From assembly GCF_045629565.1 (NCBI RefSeq), contig NZ_JAZQRL010000007.1, forward strand, positions 88-64,087: a DNA stretch of 64,000 nucleotides. Reading direction: 5' to 3'. Numbering within the stretch: the stretch's first letter is position 1; each line of letters opens with the position of its first letter. A program made the translations under genes and the position numbers. The notes below the pieces were generated by a model, which worked only from the letters and a program-made list of their open reading frames with translations, was not told the DNA's origin and made no database searches. This stretch comes from Arcticibacter sp. GTDB lineage: Bacteria > Bacteroidota > Bacteroidia > Sphingobacteriales > Sphingobacteriaceae. Positions 18,693 to 29,323 of the stretch are shown piece by piece.

Positions 18693-21309
18693 GTAGGTTG
18701 CCATCCGGACTGCCGCAGATAAGGTAGCGCAAACCATCGTTTCGAATAACGCCCATATAGAACTCTCCAACAGCCTTAATCGGAAAACCTCTGGATACAT
18801 TCCCTTCATTGTCAAATAGATATATTTCATTATTCTGGTAAGACGAAACAGCAATGCTCCAGGAGCTCTTATCAGTGCTGAAAAATTGTAGATTTCTCTT
18901 AACCGAATCCTCAAATTCATAGCTGAAAACAGATGTATTGTCACGGTTGAATACGGATAATCCCTTATTATCAAGGTAAATATACTCAGGATAACTATCT
19001 CCGGTAATATTTTTGTAACCAAATACATGGTTTTCATCCCAGACACCGATGCTGGTCCGCGAGACGGAATCAGTAAAAGAAATCTCGTGAAGCACGCCCG
19101 CCGTGTCTGTTGTTACCATCCAGGAATCTTCCGCCCGTTCTTTAATAACGGGAAAGAGTCCACTACGGAAATCTGTAACTACATTCTTCTCTGAAGCCTG
19201 GTGCAGGAGTGATCCGTCCCGCTCATCAAAGAAGAAGAACTCGCCTGTTCTTGTACCCGCGATAATGTACGGTGTTTCTCCGGCTTCAGTATAAACCAGC
19301 TCCGTAAAGATTCTGGAAGGCAGATTCTTATCCCAGGCTTCCAACGCTTTTCCTTCGGTTGTATACCCCAAAATCTTATTTTGTGCGGCGATATAGATCT
19401 TTGCCTGTGCCGGATCATTTCCTGTCAACGTCAGGCCATGTACGGTCTTCTGCGGAATCGATACCGGAAATCCACTAACTGCAGATCCGTCAGGATGAAT
19501 CCTGTAAATTCTGTCTTCTGTGTTGAATAGAATAGTTTCATCCTTCAACTGGTGGAGCTTACCCCGTATGGTTCCGGGAAGCTGAGTGGCCCAGATCCGC
19601 TTCCCTTCGTCAGAGATCGCATAGAGGTTATAAACATTATCCTGCACCATAATAATGTGCTGATCACCACTCCTGAATACCTGAGGGGCGGAGGCGATCC
19701 GTGCGTTCATCTTATAAGACCATTCTTTCTTGAAGTCGCGCTTCGCGAGTGTATTATAATTGGCAAATACATTGGTTTGGAAATGCTTACTCGCAGAACT
19801 CCATTGAACAGAGAGTCCGTAAAAGTTCGACAATCCCGATTCTTCATCTTTAAACAGGGCGGCATATCGGCTTTTCAAAGTGGAGCGGATCTGTCTGGAA
19901 GAATTTTTGTTTTCAGCGAAAAAGGAAATATTGCTGCTCGTTGCCACCAGCTGGTCGTGCTCCTTGAAGTCTTTTAACTTATTCAAGAACCTGCTAGCTT
20001 TATAGCTGTCCATATAGCGCGTAATCGCACCCTGTGAATTCGCCAGAACCATCATGTTGTCGAAGATCTGAAAGTATGGCCTCACAAAAGGTTTCATCGG
20101 ATCCCCGTAACAGTAATAGAAAACGTTAGAATAATCAATCCGGCTGATAAATTCGGAAGCTTTACCGGAAACCTGCTGAAGGGAAGCTTCCAGAGCCGGG
20201 CCATTGTTCAGTTTAAGCAGGGCCAGCTTTTCACCTTCCGCCGTTTCAAATACAAGGAATTCATTGCCTAACTTAGGGATCAGATCATGGTCGATGTTGA
20301 GCGACCTTTCTGTCATTATCGCTTTCACCTGCGCCTGAAGTCTGGGCAGCTCCTTCTTTTTGGTAAAGTAGTTTCTTAAATCTGCATGAAAGATCTTAAA
20401 ATTTGAAATGCCGAAGGTCAGGAAGTTAGCCGTGTTCTGTGGGAGGATACCTTTAAGCTGGTTTTGAACCGGACGTTGCTTAAGGAATGTATTCAAGTAG
20501 TTACTGCTGCTTGTGTCGGGCGTACTGTTTCCGTTAAACATAAGCGCATCGCTCTTGAAGTTCATGCCAAGTGCAGCGTATCCTTTCAGTCCGTTTAGAA
20601 GCTGCATATTACCGTTGGCACGCCCGTTCATAAAAGACATCACAAAGCGAGATAAATTTCCAGCGTTTACAAAGAGATTCACGGGCGAATTCAGGTTCTT
20701 ATCCGCTTCCTTATTGATCAGCTCAATGAAATCATCAGGAATTTTGTCGCTTTTCTCATTCAAAGCTATTGTGAGGAGGTCTAATGAGAAGCTGCCAATA
20801 ACCACGCCCTTGTCAATATGAATAAAGAACGGACGCTTTAACGTGCTCAATTCAAGTTTGAAGACTGAGTTCTCGCCAATCGGCGTGCATTTAACTCCTT
20901 CAATATTTTTAAGGGTCAGCTCTGCATCGTCCTTTTTAACCGATGAGCCTGTTCCGATAGCGAACAGGTAGTCGATCGAATCGGCTTTCAGCTGGTGAAA
21001 TGATATGAAAACCTTTTCACCGCTGCTTATCTCCGCAACAAGGGGATCGTTCAATAAAACCGACTTGAGCTGAGATATTTCAGCACTGCGTCGCTCACCA
21101 ATAACCTCGCCAAAAAGCTCATAGTCTTCCACGATATCATAAAATGATTCGTCATTACTGAAATTGACAACCAGGGTAGCGTCTGAGGGTATATATTTTA
21201 ATACTTTTGTATTGCTGTTGGAGTTACCGGTAAGTTCTGCAAAGTACTTGACCGCGATGAATATGATCGCGACTAATAGAACAGAACTGAAAATGATTAA
21301 TTTCTTCAT
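18676..21309 (-). CDS. large membrane-anchored hypothetical protein (DUF3352-like N-region, C-terminal beta-propeller-like repeats)
   Basis: N-terminal hydrophobic anchor; repeated GFPV/GFPI and W..G motifs in the C-terminal third. Confidence 0.6.
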   Translation of the reverse strand: MKKLIIFSSVLLVAIIFIAVKYFAELTGNSNSNTKVLKYIPSDATLVVNFSNDESFYDIVEDYELFGEVIGERRSAEISQLKSVLLNDPLVAEISSGEKVFISFHQLKADSIDYLFAIGTGSSVKKDDAELTLKNIEGVKCTPIGENSVFKLELSTLKRPFFIHIDKGVVIGSFSLDLLTIALNEKSDKIPDDFIELINKEADKNLNSPVNLFVNAGNLSRFVMSFMNGRANGNMQLLNGLKGYAALGMNFKSDALMFNGNSTPDTSSSNYLNTFLKQRPVQNQLKGILPQNTANFLTFGISNFKIFHADLRNYFTKKKELPRLQAQVKAIMTERSLNIDHDLIPKLGNEFLVFETAEGEKLALLKLNNGPALEASLQQVSGKASEFISRIDYSNVFYYCYGDPMKPFVRPYFQIFDNMMVLANSQGAITRYMDSYKASRFLNKLKDFKEHDQLVATSSNISFFAENKNSSRQIRSTLKSRYAALFKDEESGLSNFYGLSVQWSSASKHFQTNVFANYNTLAKRDFKKEWSYKMNARIASAPQVFRSGDQHIIMVQDNVYNLYAISDEGKRIWATQLPGTIRGKLHQLKDETILFNTEDRIYRIHPDGSAVSGFPVSIPQKTVHGLTLTGNDPAQAKIYIAAQNKILGYTTEGKALEAWDKNLPSRIFTELVYTEAGETPYIIAGTRTGEFFFFDERDGSLLHQASEKNVVTDFRSGLFPVIKERAEDSWMVTTDTAGVLHEISFTDSVSRTSIGVWDENHVFGYKNITGDSYPEYIYLDNKGLSVFNRDNTSVFSYEFEDSVKRNLQFFSTDKSSWSIAVSSYQNNEIYLFDNEGNVSRGFPIKAVGEFYMGVIRNDGLRYLICGSPDGNLHAYKL

Positions 21310-21374
21310 CGTCTGTTTACAAACTTAGATAAATTTTACCTTTAACCTTAATTTAGCACCCTTAAGATTTGAGT

Positions 21375-21758
21375 ATGAACAAAAAGATTATCGTCACTGC
21401 GGCACTGTTCGGAATTTTAGCTGTTATCCTGGGAGCCTTCGGAGCTCATGGACTAAAGAGTCTGATTTCCACATCTGACCTCGAAAACTGGAAAACAGCA
21501 GTCAGCTATCACTTTTATCATACTCTGGCCTTGCTGTTCCTTTCTACCATGGTCCGCTACCGCGACCGGTTCATCGAATTTGCCTATTATGCATTCACGA
21601 TAGGAATTCTACTATTTTCCGGTTCTCTTTATCTCTTGTCTACAAGAGCGGTAACCGGACTGGAATCCGGAATCCTTGGTCCGATCACCCCCATAGGAGG
21701 ACTCATGTTCATCCTCGGATGGGTGTTCCTTTTACTGGCAGCAATCAAGAATAAATAA
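21375..21758 (+). CDS. DUF423 (YgdD/TMEM256) membrane protein
   Basis: LGAFGAHGL, YHFYH, FSGSLY, GPITPIGG. Confidence 0.88.
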   Translation: MNKKIIVTAALFGILAVILGAFGAHGLKSLISTSDLENWKTAVSYHFYHTLALLFLSTMVRYRDRFIEFAYYAFTIGILLFSGSLYLLSTRAVTGLESGILGPITPIGGLMFILGWVFLLLAAIKNK

Positions 21759-24238
21759 TGCTCGAATTCAATGAAGCAGAAGGGGAGTTTAAGACCTACT
21801 TTGTAGAGGTAATACTACCTCTTTCTATATCAAAGACCTACACTTACCGTGTTCCCCGTGCACTCAACGATCAGATAGGTATCGGAAAGCGCGCCGTCGT
21901 GCAGTTCGGCAAGAGTCGCATTTATACCTCGGTGATATATGCTGTATCTGAGAAAGCTCCTTCTTTATATGAAGCTAAATATGTGATTGATATCCTGGAC
22001 GATAAGCCAATCGTTAATGCACAACAGCTGAAGCTGTGGGAATGGATTTCAACCTATTATATGTGCACCATAGGCGAAGTCATGCAGGCGGCTTTGCCTT
22101 CGGCACTCAAGCTCGCCAGTGAAACGCGCGTTGTTCTGATTGCTGATGCGGAGTATGATAAAGCAGACCTCAACGATAAGGAGTTTCTGATCATCGACGC
22201 CCTGGAGATTCAGCCGGAACTGAAGGTGAACGATATTGTTAAGCTTCTCGGCCAGAAGTCCGTTTTTAAACTCTTAAAGTCACTGTTTGATAAGGGGATT
22301 ATCCATATTTCCGAAGAGATTATTGAAAAATATAAACCCAAGACAAAAGCTTTCGTCCAACTGAATCCCATATACCAGGAAGACGGAAGCAAGAAGGCGC
22401 TCTTTGAGGTGCTGGAGCGGAGTCCCAAACAACTCGAAGCCTTTCTCGCCTGGCTTAAGCTGAGCAGGAACAACACCGAGGTGCTCCGAAAGGACATCAT
22501 GGAAGAATGCGGGTGCAGCGCCTCTGTGATCAAGACCCTTATTGATAAAGAAATTTTTGTTCTCGAAAGCAAGGTCGTTAGCCGGCTTGCTCATGGAGAG
22601 CTGGAGTTGGCCGATGAGTTCATGCTGAGTTCCAGTCAGCTAAAAGCTGAGGAAGAGATCAAGAGCCACTTCCTGCAGAAAGATGTCGTCCTCCTGTATG
22701 GTGTCACCTCATCCGGCAAAACGCAATTATATGTGAGATTAATAGAAGAGAACCTGCAGAAGGAAAAACAGGTGTTATATCTACTACCGGAGATCGCCCT
22801 CACTACCCAGATCATCGAGCGACTAAAGAAATACTTCGGAAATGCCATAGGTATTTACCATTCGAGGATGGGCGATAACGAACGAGCCGAGGTATGGTCG
22901 AGAGTACTCAAGAATGAGTATAGCATCATTCTGGGAGCACGATCTGCCGTGTTTTTACCCTTCACTGACCTCGGACTGATAGTCGTTGATGAAGAGCATG
23001 AAACGTCTTACAAGCAGCAGGATCCAGCTCCGCGGTACCATGCCCGTGATACGGCTATATACCTCGCGCATATCCATCAGGCAAAGGTCCTCCTGGGATC
23101 GGCCACCCCATCACTGGAGAGCTTCTTTAACGCAAAATCTTCCAAGTACGGTTTCGTGCAGCTGACCGAGCGATTTGGAGAAGCCGGGCTGCCCGAAATA
23201 AAGGTAGTCAGCATCAGTGAAGAAACCAGTAAGAAGACTATCCAGGCAAACTTCACGAGCGTCCTCATCGACGCTATCAGAGAGAACCTGGAAAAAAAAG
23301 AACAAGTTATCCTGTTCCAGAACCGCAGAGGCTATACCCCGTTGTCGATTTGCCGCACCTGCGGATATATATCCAAATGTATCCACTGCGATGTGAGTAT
23401 GAACTACCATAAGAGCACCGGTCAGCTCCATTGTCATTATTGCGGGTACAAGCAAGACGTGCTTTCCTCATGTCCGGCCTGCGGCTCTGTTCACATTGAA
23501 CCGAAAGGTTTCGGCACGGAAAAAATCGAAGACGACCTCAAGTACATCTTCCCTGAAGCAAGGATAGCACGCATGGACCTCGACACGACCAGAGCCAAGC
23601 ACAGCTTCCAGCATATCCTTAGCGAGTTTGAAGAGCAGAACATTGATATCCTGGTTGGAACGCAGATTGTGGCCAAGGGGCTTGACTTCAGTCACGTAAC
23701 CCTCATCGGTATTATTAATGCAGACAGCCTGCTGAGCTTTCCGGATTTCCGGGCTTTCGAAAAGGGATTTCAATTGCTTTCCCAGGTAGGAGGCAGAGCC
23801 GGCAGACGCGATAAGGCTGGTAGGGTTATTATTCAGACTTACGATACCAAACATCGTGTGATTGATCAGGTGATCCGTCACGATTACGAGAGTCTTTTCA
23901 ATACCGAAATTCAGGAGAGACTTAATTTTAAATATCCGCCTTTATACAGAATGATCCGGCTGGATATCAAGCATAAGGATCAGCAAGTACTCAATCAGGC
24001 TGCGCAGCGTTTTGCTGCAGCGATCCGCACAACGCTGGGAGAGCGTGTTTTGGGTCCCGAGGAACCCATGATTTCCAGAATCCGAAACCTATATATCAAA
24101 ACCATCTATATCAAAATCGAACGTAAGGGAATCCCGGTATCCAAAGTGAAAGAGTACCTGGCACAGGCGCTTCTGGGGTTTGAAGCCGATAAGCAAAACA
24201 AAGGAACATTTATACAGGTAGACGTAGACCCCTTTTAG
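21758..24238 (+). CDS. priA: primosomal protein N'
   Basis: GVTSSGKT, DEEHE, Zn-binding CRTC/CIHC/CHYC/CPAC, QVGGRAGR. Confidence 0.95.
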   Translation: MLEFNEAEGEFKTYFVEVILPLSISKTYTYRVPRALNDQIGIGKRAVVQFGKSRIYTSVIYAVSEKAPSLYEAKYVIDILDDKPIVNAQQLKLWEWISTYYMCTIGEVMQAALPSALKLASETRVVLIADAEYDKADLNDKEFLIIDALEIQPELKVNDIVKLLGQKSVFKLLKSLFDKGIIHISEEIIEKYKPKTKAFVQLNPIYQEDGSKKALFEVLERSPKQLEAFLAWLKLSRNNTEVLRKDIMEECGCSASVIKTLIDKEIFVLESKVVSRLAHGELELADEFMLSSSQLKAEEEIKSHFLQKDVVLLYGVTSSGKTQLYVRLIEENLQKEKQVLYLLPEIALTTQIIERLKKYFGNAIGIYHSRMGDNERAEVWSRVLKNEYSIILGARSAVFLPFTDLGLIVVDEEHETSYKQQDPAPRYHARDTAIYLAHIHQAKVLLGSATPSLESFFNAKSSKYGFVQLTERFGEAGLPEIKVVSISEETSKKTIQANFTSVLIDAIRENLEKKEQVILFQNRRGYTPLSICRTCGYISKCIHCDVSMNYHKSTGQLHCHYCGYKQDVLSSCPACGSVHIEPKGFGTEKIEDDLKYIFPEARIARMDLDTTRAKHSFQHILSEFEEQNIDILVGTQIVAKGLDFSHVTLIGIINADSLLSFPDFRAFEKGFQLLSQVGGRAGRRDKAGRVIIQTYDTKHRVIDQVIRHDYESLFNTEIQERLNFKYPPLYRMIRLDIKHKDQQVLNQAAQRFAAAIRTTLGERVLGPEEPMISRIRNLYIKTIYIKIERKGIPVSKVKEYLAQALLGFEADKQNKGTFIQVDVDPF

Positions 24239-24338
24239 TCAGATCTAAGCAAATTATGGCGTTGATTGCTAATGAAGTATCCGCCTTACACGTAATTGTA
24301 GCATTAAATTCTCGAATTAAGCTTATTTTTGGCGTAGG

Positions 24339-24998
24339 ATGGCTTACAAGTTCGTAGATAATTACAGGGAAAAAGGGGCGAGGAAAAAATTAGTGAAACT
24401 CCTTAAGGATGAACGACAGATTGAAGATATTAACGTTCTGGACGCGATAGGAAAAGTACCGAGACATTATTTCTTTGACGAGACCTTCTGGAACCAGGCC
24501 TATCGCGATATCGCTTTCCCGATAGGGGAAGGGCAAACCATCTCCCAACCGTATACCGTAGCTTACCAAACTCAATTGCTGCATATTCGAAACAATGATA
24601 AAGTGCTCGAAATAGGTACGGGATCTGGCTATCAAACCTGCATTCTTTTGGAGCTGGGGGCGGAAGTTTATACCATCGAGCGCCAGGAGAAGTTATTCCA
24701 TCGCTCCAAACTGTTCCTCAACAAAATGGGGTATTTTCCCCACTTCTTTCTTGGCGACGGGTCAAAAGGACTTTCAGAGCATGCCCCATACGACAAAATC
24801 CTGGTAACGGCAGGCGCACCTTTTGTTCCTGAAATTATGTTGAAGCAGCTGAAAATCGGAGGGACGATGGTTATTCCCGTTGGCGATGAGAAAAGCCAGA
24901 AGATGATCACCGTGATCCGTCTTAATGAGAGCGACTACGAACGCATAGAGCTGGACACGTTCCGGTTTGTTCCCCTGGTAGGTGATCAGGCCTGGTAG
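24339..24998 (+). CDS. pcm: protein-L-isoaspartate O-methyltransferase
   Basis: GQTISQPYTVA, VLEIGTGSGYQ, YDKILVTAGA, FVPLVG; TATTTTTG -7 box at 24324-24331. Confidence 0.92.
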   Translation: MAYKFVDNYREKGARKKLVKLLKDERQIEDINVLDAIGKVPRHYFFDETFWNQAYRDIAFPIGEGQTISQPYTVAYQTQLLHIRNNDKVLEIGTGSGYQTCILLELGAEVYTIERQEKLFHRSKLFLNKMGYFPHFFLGDGSKGLSEHAPYDKILVTAGAPFVPEIMLKQLKIGGTMVIPVGDEKSQKMITVIRLNESDYERIELDTFRFVPLVGDQAW

Positions 24999-25011
24999 GC
25001 TTAAGAGAACC

Positions 25012-25455
25012 TTAGCGTTTCATTGCTCTGTCGAGCTCGATCTTACTCTCCCTGTCTTTTATCGTGTCACGTTTGTCGAAGGTTTTCTTACCCTGCGCCA
25101 GACCGATCTCCAGCTTGGCGAAACCACGCTCGCTGATAAATAGCGCAAGCGGAACAATAGTAAAGCCTTTCTCTTCACTCTTGTCACGCAGCTTCTTCAG
25201 CTCCTTCTTAGTGAGTAACAACGCACGATCACGTTTCGACTCATGGTTGTAAAATGAGCCGTGAGAGTACTCTGAAATATGCATGTTCCTGACAAACAAC
25301 TGATCTCCCAGAAAAGCACAAAACGCATCATTCAGATTGGCTTTGCCTTCTCTTACTGACTTGATCTCCGTGCCCAGGAACTGAATACCCGCCACATATT
25401 TATCGAGGATATGGTACTCAAAGTATGCTTTTTTATTACGTATGTTGACGCTCAT
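25012..25455 (-). CDS. smpB: SsrA-binding protein
   Basis: NKKAYFEY, GTEIKSVREG, GKKTFDKR. Confidence 0.95.
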   Translation of the reverse strand: MSVNIRNKKAYFEYHILDKYVAGIQFLGTEIKSVREGKANLNDAFCAFLGDQLFVRNMHISEYSHGSFYNHESKRDRALLLTKKELKKLRDKSEEKGFTIVPLALFISERGFAKLEIGLAQGKKTFDKRDTIKDRESKIELDRAMKR

Positions 25456-25482
25456 TTTTTTTGTCTGTTGTTTAACAAAGGT

Positions 25483-26139
25483 CTAAACAATCATTATGTT
25501 TTCAGCAAATTTCTGAGAAACCGTATTTAACTGATTGTCAATCAGAATTTCAATCGTTCCATCATAGCTCTGACGGGACAAGACCTTTATGGGTGTATCT
25601 ATTTTTAGGTTCAGCTGACTTACGTACTGAAGAAAAGCGACAGTATTGTCGCGTACGGCAACCATCTTACACTGCCCGCCAGGCTCAACCTCTGCCAGTG
25701 ATTTCCTGAAAGAAGGTTTCAAATTTCCTTGGGCATCGGGTATGGCGTCACCATGCGGGTCATATTCGGGGAAGCCAAGAAACTTATCCAGCTTATCAAT
25801 CAGTTTCGGAGAATGGATATGCTCCAGCTGCTCCGCTACCTCATGCACCTCATCCCAGGTAAAGTCCAGCTTCTGAAACAGAAAAGTTTCCCATAGGCGG
25901 TGTTTGCGTAAAACTTCAAGCGCATGGCCTCTCCCGTCGTCAGATAAAGTAATCTTGCCGTACTTCTCGTAGTCGATAAGGCCCTTTTCCTTCAGTTTTC
26001 GTAACATGTCGGTCGCCGTAGCAGGCTTGACCCCCATATAGGAAGCCAGCTGGTTAGTTCCAGCCTCATTGGAATGTTCAATTTCGTACGTCAGGTGAAA
26101 GAGTGCTTTTAAATAATTCTCTTCTGTATAAGAAAGCAT
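25483..26139 (-). CDS. DtxR/MntR family metal-dependent regulator with FeoA domain
   Basis: EENYLK, RKHRLWETFL, EVHEVAEQLEH, DPHGDAIP; TACTTTTG -7 box at 26144-26151. Confidence 0.9.
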   Translation of the reverse strand: MLSYTEENYLKALFHLTYEIEHSNEAGTNQLASYMGVKPATATDMLRKLKEKGLIDYEKYGKITLSDDGRGHALEVLRKHRLWETFLFQKLDFTWDEVHEVAEQLEHIHSPKLIDKLDKFLGFPEYDPHGDAIPDAQGNLKPSFRKSLAEVEPGGQCKMVAVRDNTVAFLQYVSQLNLKIDTPIKVLSRQSYDGTIEILIDNQLNTVSQKFAENIMIV

Positions 26140-26209
26140 AGAGCAAAAGTACGAAAAGCTGCGCTTTTAACAGAAAGTCAATTATCTTCACATCTGCAAG
26201 GGATATTCC

Positions 26210-26683
26210 TCAGTGTACCATTTTATTAGCACATGCAGAACTGGCAAAAGCTTCAGGTTTCGCCTTGAATACGAATCCCATACTGAGTATATAACCCATC
26301 GCATCGTGCAGGGCCTGATTAGACTTGAACATAGGGTTCGTGTTGATATCCGCATGCACCTCCAGATCCACATGATACAGATCAAGAAGGTCACATAATG
26401 AGTAGGCCACCTCGATGGATTTCTGGACTTCGGTCAGCATTCTTTCCTTGATGCTCATCTTAATGGAACTTCGCTCCTGATGGATGAACATAAAGGCACC
26501 CTTCTTTTCCCTGATGAATACGATGACGGTAGCGTAGTCCGTCACTGATCCTTTCACCTGGGAATCGGTTCCAATGCAAACCTTTAGCTTATTTCCCTGG
26601 TGGTATTCGCGCAGAATAGCGCTCTCTACTGCTTCATGTATCGAGTTTGAAATCATCTCGCCACTAAATTTTTTCCAGGTCAT
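26210..26683 (-). CDS. ribonuclease H-like YkuK (DUF458) family protein
   Basis: IGTDSQ, ERMLTEVQKS, EVHADIN, KPEAFASS..A. Confidence 0.8.
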   Translation of the reverse strand: MTWKKFSGEMISNSIHEAVESAILREYHQGNKLKVCIGTDSQVKGSVTDYATVIVFIREKKGAFMFIHQERSSIKMSIKERMLTEVQKSIEVAYSLCDLLDLYHVDLEVHADINTNPMFKSNQALHDAMGYILSMGFVFKAKPEAFASSACANKMVH

Positions 26684-26818
26684 AAGAGTAAGTTTACATG
26701 CAGTGAAGTTTTCGATTGCTTGGTGTTAGCGTAAATATAAATAAAAGCATGTGAAAGGAATGTTTATTATTTGTTAACATATTCACATTCAGTTAGTGAC
26801 GAACCTGATGGAAGATAA

Positions 26819-26851
26819 AAAAAGCGGCACATTAAAAAATGTCCGCTTTTT
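26819..26851 (-). terminator. intrinsic terminator downstream of the phosphohexomutase gene
   Basis: AAAAAGCGG-ACAT...ATGT-CCGCTTTTT stem. Confidence 0.6.
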
Positions 26852-26873
26852 AATTATTTAACAAAAGTTTGAT

Positions 26874-28610
26874 CTACACTCCCAGATCCGCCATAATCGC
26901 ATCTACTTTCGCGTCCAGCTCCTTGCTTGCTGCATCATAAGCTGCCTTATCAGCAAGAGTTGTTTTAACACTACAATAGAACTTGATTTTAGGCTCTGTT
27001 CCAGATGGTCTCGCAGAAATAATGCTGCCATCTTCAGTAAAGAACTGAAGCACATCAGATTCAGGGAGTTCAATATCAGATTTCGTGCCGCTGGCAATAT
27101 CAGTCGATACCCGAAGCTCATAATCCTTCAACGTCGTCACCTTTGAACCACCCAAAGTCGCAGGAGGATTATTACGGAAACGCTCCATCATTGCTTTAAT
27201 CTCTTCAGCTCCCGACTTGCCTTTTTTCGTAACCGATACCAATTTTTCTTTATACAAACCATATTGCAGGTACATATTCAGCAAAGTATCATACAGGCTG
27301 CTTCCCTGATCTTTGTAATAAGCCGTCATTTCTGCTATAAATGCAGCCGATACAACAGCATCTTTATCACGTACCAGATCACCGATCAAGTAACCATAGC
27401 TCTCTTCACCGCCGCCGATGAACACTTTCTCATCCTTGAAGCGGGTCATCAGCTCACCGATATATTTGAAGCCGGTCAGCGTATTGTAGCACTCTACATT
27501 CTTCGCCTTCGCAATCTCGTCAATCAGGTAAGATGTAACGATCGTTTTAACAATGTATTCTTTGCCGGTGAACAAGCCTTTCTGCTCCCATGCAGTAAGC
27601 AGGTAATTGATCAGCAAGCTTCCGGTCTGGTTACCGTTCAACAAGATAAATTCACCCTCGTTGTTCTTTACCGCGATTCCGATACGGTCAGCATCAGGGT
27701 CGGTAGCCATGATCAGGTCCGCGTCCACTTCCACACCTTTTTCAAGGGCAAGCGTGAGTGCTTCCTTTTCTTCAGGGTTCGGATAGATCACCGTAGGAAA
27801 GTTGCCATCGGGCTGAATCTGCTTTTCCACCAGGTTCACGTTGGTGAAGCCAAACTTCTCAAGCGCTTTCGGAACCAGGGTAATTCCCGTTCCGTGAATA
27901 GGAGAGAACACAATCTTCAGGTCTTTCTGACGGGCTATAGCGTCAGGAGAGACACTCAGCTTAGCTATCTTGTCCAGATAAAGCTGGTCAATCTCTTCCC
28001 CAATCGCCTCGATGTTCTCTTCCACACGGTCAAACTTCACCTCATCGATGCTCTGGATAGCAAATACTTCTTCCAAAACCCTGGCATCTTCCGGACTCAC
28101 AAACTGTCCCCCGTCTGCACCATAAGCCTTGTATCCATTGTACTCTTTCGGGTTGTGTGATGCGGTAATCATCACTCCACTCTTACATCCGAGCTCACGT
28201 ATGGCGAAGGATAATTCAGGTGTAGGACGAAGTTCTTTGAAGAAATAAACATAAATCCCATTTGCGGAGAACACCTCTGCAGTCACCCGTGCAAAATAAT
28301 CGGAGTTATTACGGCTATCGTGTGCGATAGCCACCTTAATCTTTTCAGAAGGATAGGTTTTCTTCAGATAGTTTGCCAATCCCTGTGTGGTTTTACCTAT
28401 GGTGTACTTGTTAATGCGGTTGGAGCCCGGACCCATTGTTCCACGAAGTCCACCTGTACCAAACTGCAGATCTTTGTAAAACGAGTCGGTCAATTCAGTA
28501 AACGCTTTTTCGTCAAGTAGTTGTTGGATTTGTTGGCGGGTATCAGCATCATAGCTTCCCTCAAGCCATTCATTAATTTTGTTTAGAACAGAAGGCTCTA
28601 ATTCCTGCAT
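26874..28610 (-). CDS. phosphoglucomutase/phosphomannomutase
   Basis: FGTGGLRG, ITASHNP (phosphoserine), DPDADR, GEESYG, RPSGTEPKIKFY. Confidence 0.92.
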   Translation of the reverse strand: MQELEPSVLNKINEWLEGSYDADTRQQIQQLLDEKAFTELTDSFYKDLQFGTGGLRGTMGPGSNRINKYTIGKTTQGLANYLKKTYPSEKIKVAIAHDSRNNSDYFARVTAEVFSANGIYVYFFKELRPTPELSFAIRELGCKSGVMITASHNPKEYNGYKAYGADGGQFVSPEDARVLEEVFAIQSIDEVKFDRVEENIEAIGEEIDQLYLDKIAKLSVSPDAIARQKDLKIVFSPIHGTGITLVPKALEKFGFTNVNLVEKQIQPDGNFPTVIYPNPEEKEALTLALEKGVEVDADLIMATDPDADRIGIAVKNNEGEFILLNGNQTGSLLINYLLTAWEQKGLFTGKEYIVKTIVTSYLIDEIAKAKNVECYNTLTGFKYIGELMTRFKDEKVFIGGGEESYGYLIGDLVRDKDAVVSAAFIAEMTAYYKDQGSSLYDTLLNMYLQYGLYKEKLVSVTKKGKSGAEEIKAMMERFRNNPPATLGGSKVTTLKDYELRVSTDIASGTKSDIELPESDVLQFFTEDGSIISARPSGTEPKIKFYCSVKTTLADKAAYDAASKELDAKVDAIMADLGV

Positions 28611-28751
28611 AGTTATTAAGATTTAAGTATTTCTTTTGCAATCTACGTTATTGTACAAGTATAACAACACAATGTAAATTTAACGCACTTGTTTTACAAA
28701 GAAAAAAAACTTCAGCAAGAAACCCTAATGGTGGGCAGTGAATCGGGAAAT

Positions 28752-29195
28752 TTAGCGAAAGCTTAGCTTCAAAGCGGAAAGGTTGTCCAGGGAGTTGCGG
28801 ATATCTTTCATGTGATGGTCTAACATACAGCGAAGATGCTTGTTTTCGCTTGTGTGGGATAGTGTCGATTCATACTTTCGCAGGGTGACGTTGCCTTTCT
28901 GAAGCCCCCAACGTAATAAAGCGTCACTGTCGTGCTTGTTAATCGTCTGGCGGAAAGCTTCCCAGGCTGCCGGGTCAGGACAGTTTGCGAAGTTAAACTC
29001 ACTCAGCTTGCAGTTGGCCCGAACAAGGAAGGAGCGTATACCTACAATATGTTCTCCCCGCATCCAAAGATATTTCGCAAACGCCGACTTCAACGCAGGT
29101 ACCCGCACCAGATCAATCGCCTGGTCATAAAATCCGGTCTCGTTCAGGCTGTGGATTAATAGGGGTCTTAGGTTAACGATCAGATTATCCTCCAT
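28752..29195 (-). CDS. divergent ferritin-like four-helix protein (PA2169/DUF2383-like)
   Basis: Helical pattern with Y..A....LKS.F...R..H and ..Y...L; family assignment weak. Confidence 0.45.
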   Translation of the reverse strand: MEDNLIVNLRPLLIHSLNETGFYDQAIDLVRVPALKSAFAKYLWMRGEHIVGIRSFLVRANCKLSEFNFANCPDPAAWEAFRQTINKHDSDALLRWGLQKGNVTLRKYESTLSHTSENKHLRCMLDHHMKDIRNSLDNLSALKLSFR

Positions 29196-29323
29196 ATTTG
29201 AGCTTTCTTAAGGTTTACATGGTTATAGGTTAACGCCTTAAGATAAGAAATAGTTTATTCCTATATTGTAACTTTTTTACTCGATTCGCGTACGTGCTCC
29301 TGCTGTACCATTATATTTAGCTT

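Noticed and set aside
18693-19046. N-terminal 118 aa of the 597-aa ORF
   Set aside because: Same-strand, out-of-frame overlap with the 877-aa gene; the signal peptide begins near 18692.
29245-29275. AAGTTAC-N14-CTATT upstream of the ferritin-like gene as a fourth ECF promoter
   Set aside because: Both boxes deviate from GGTTAC/GGTAT; not supportable.
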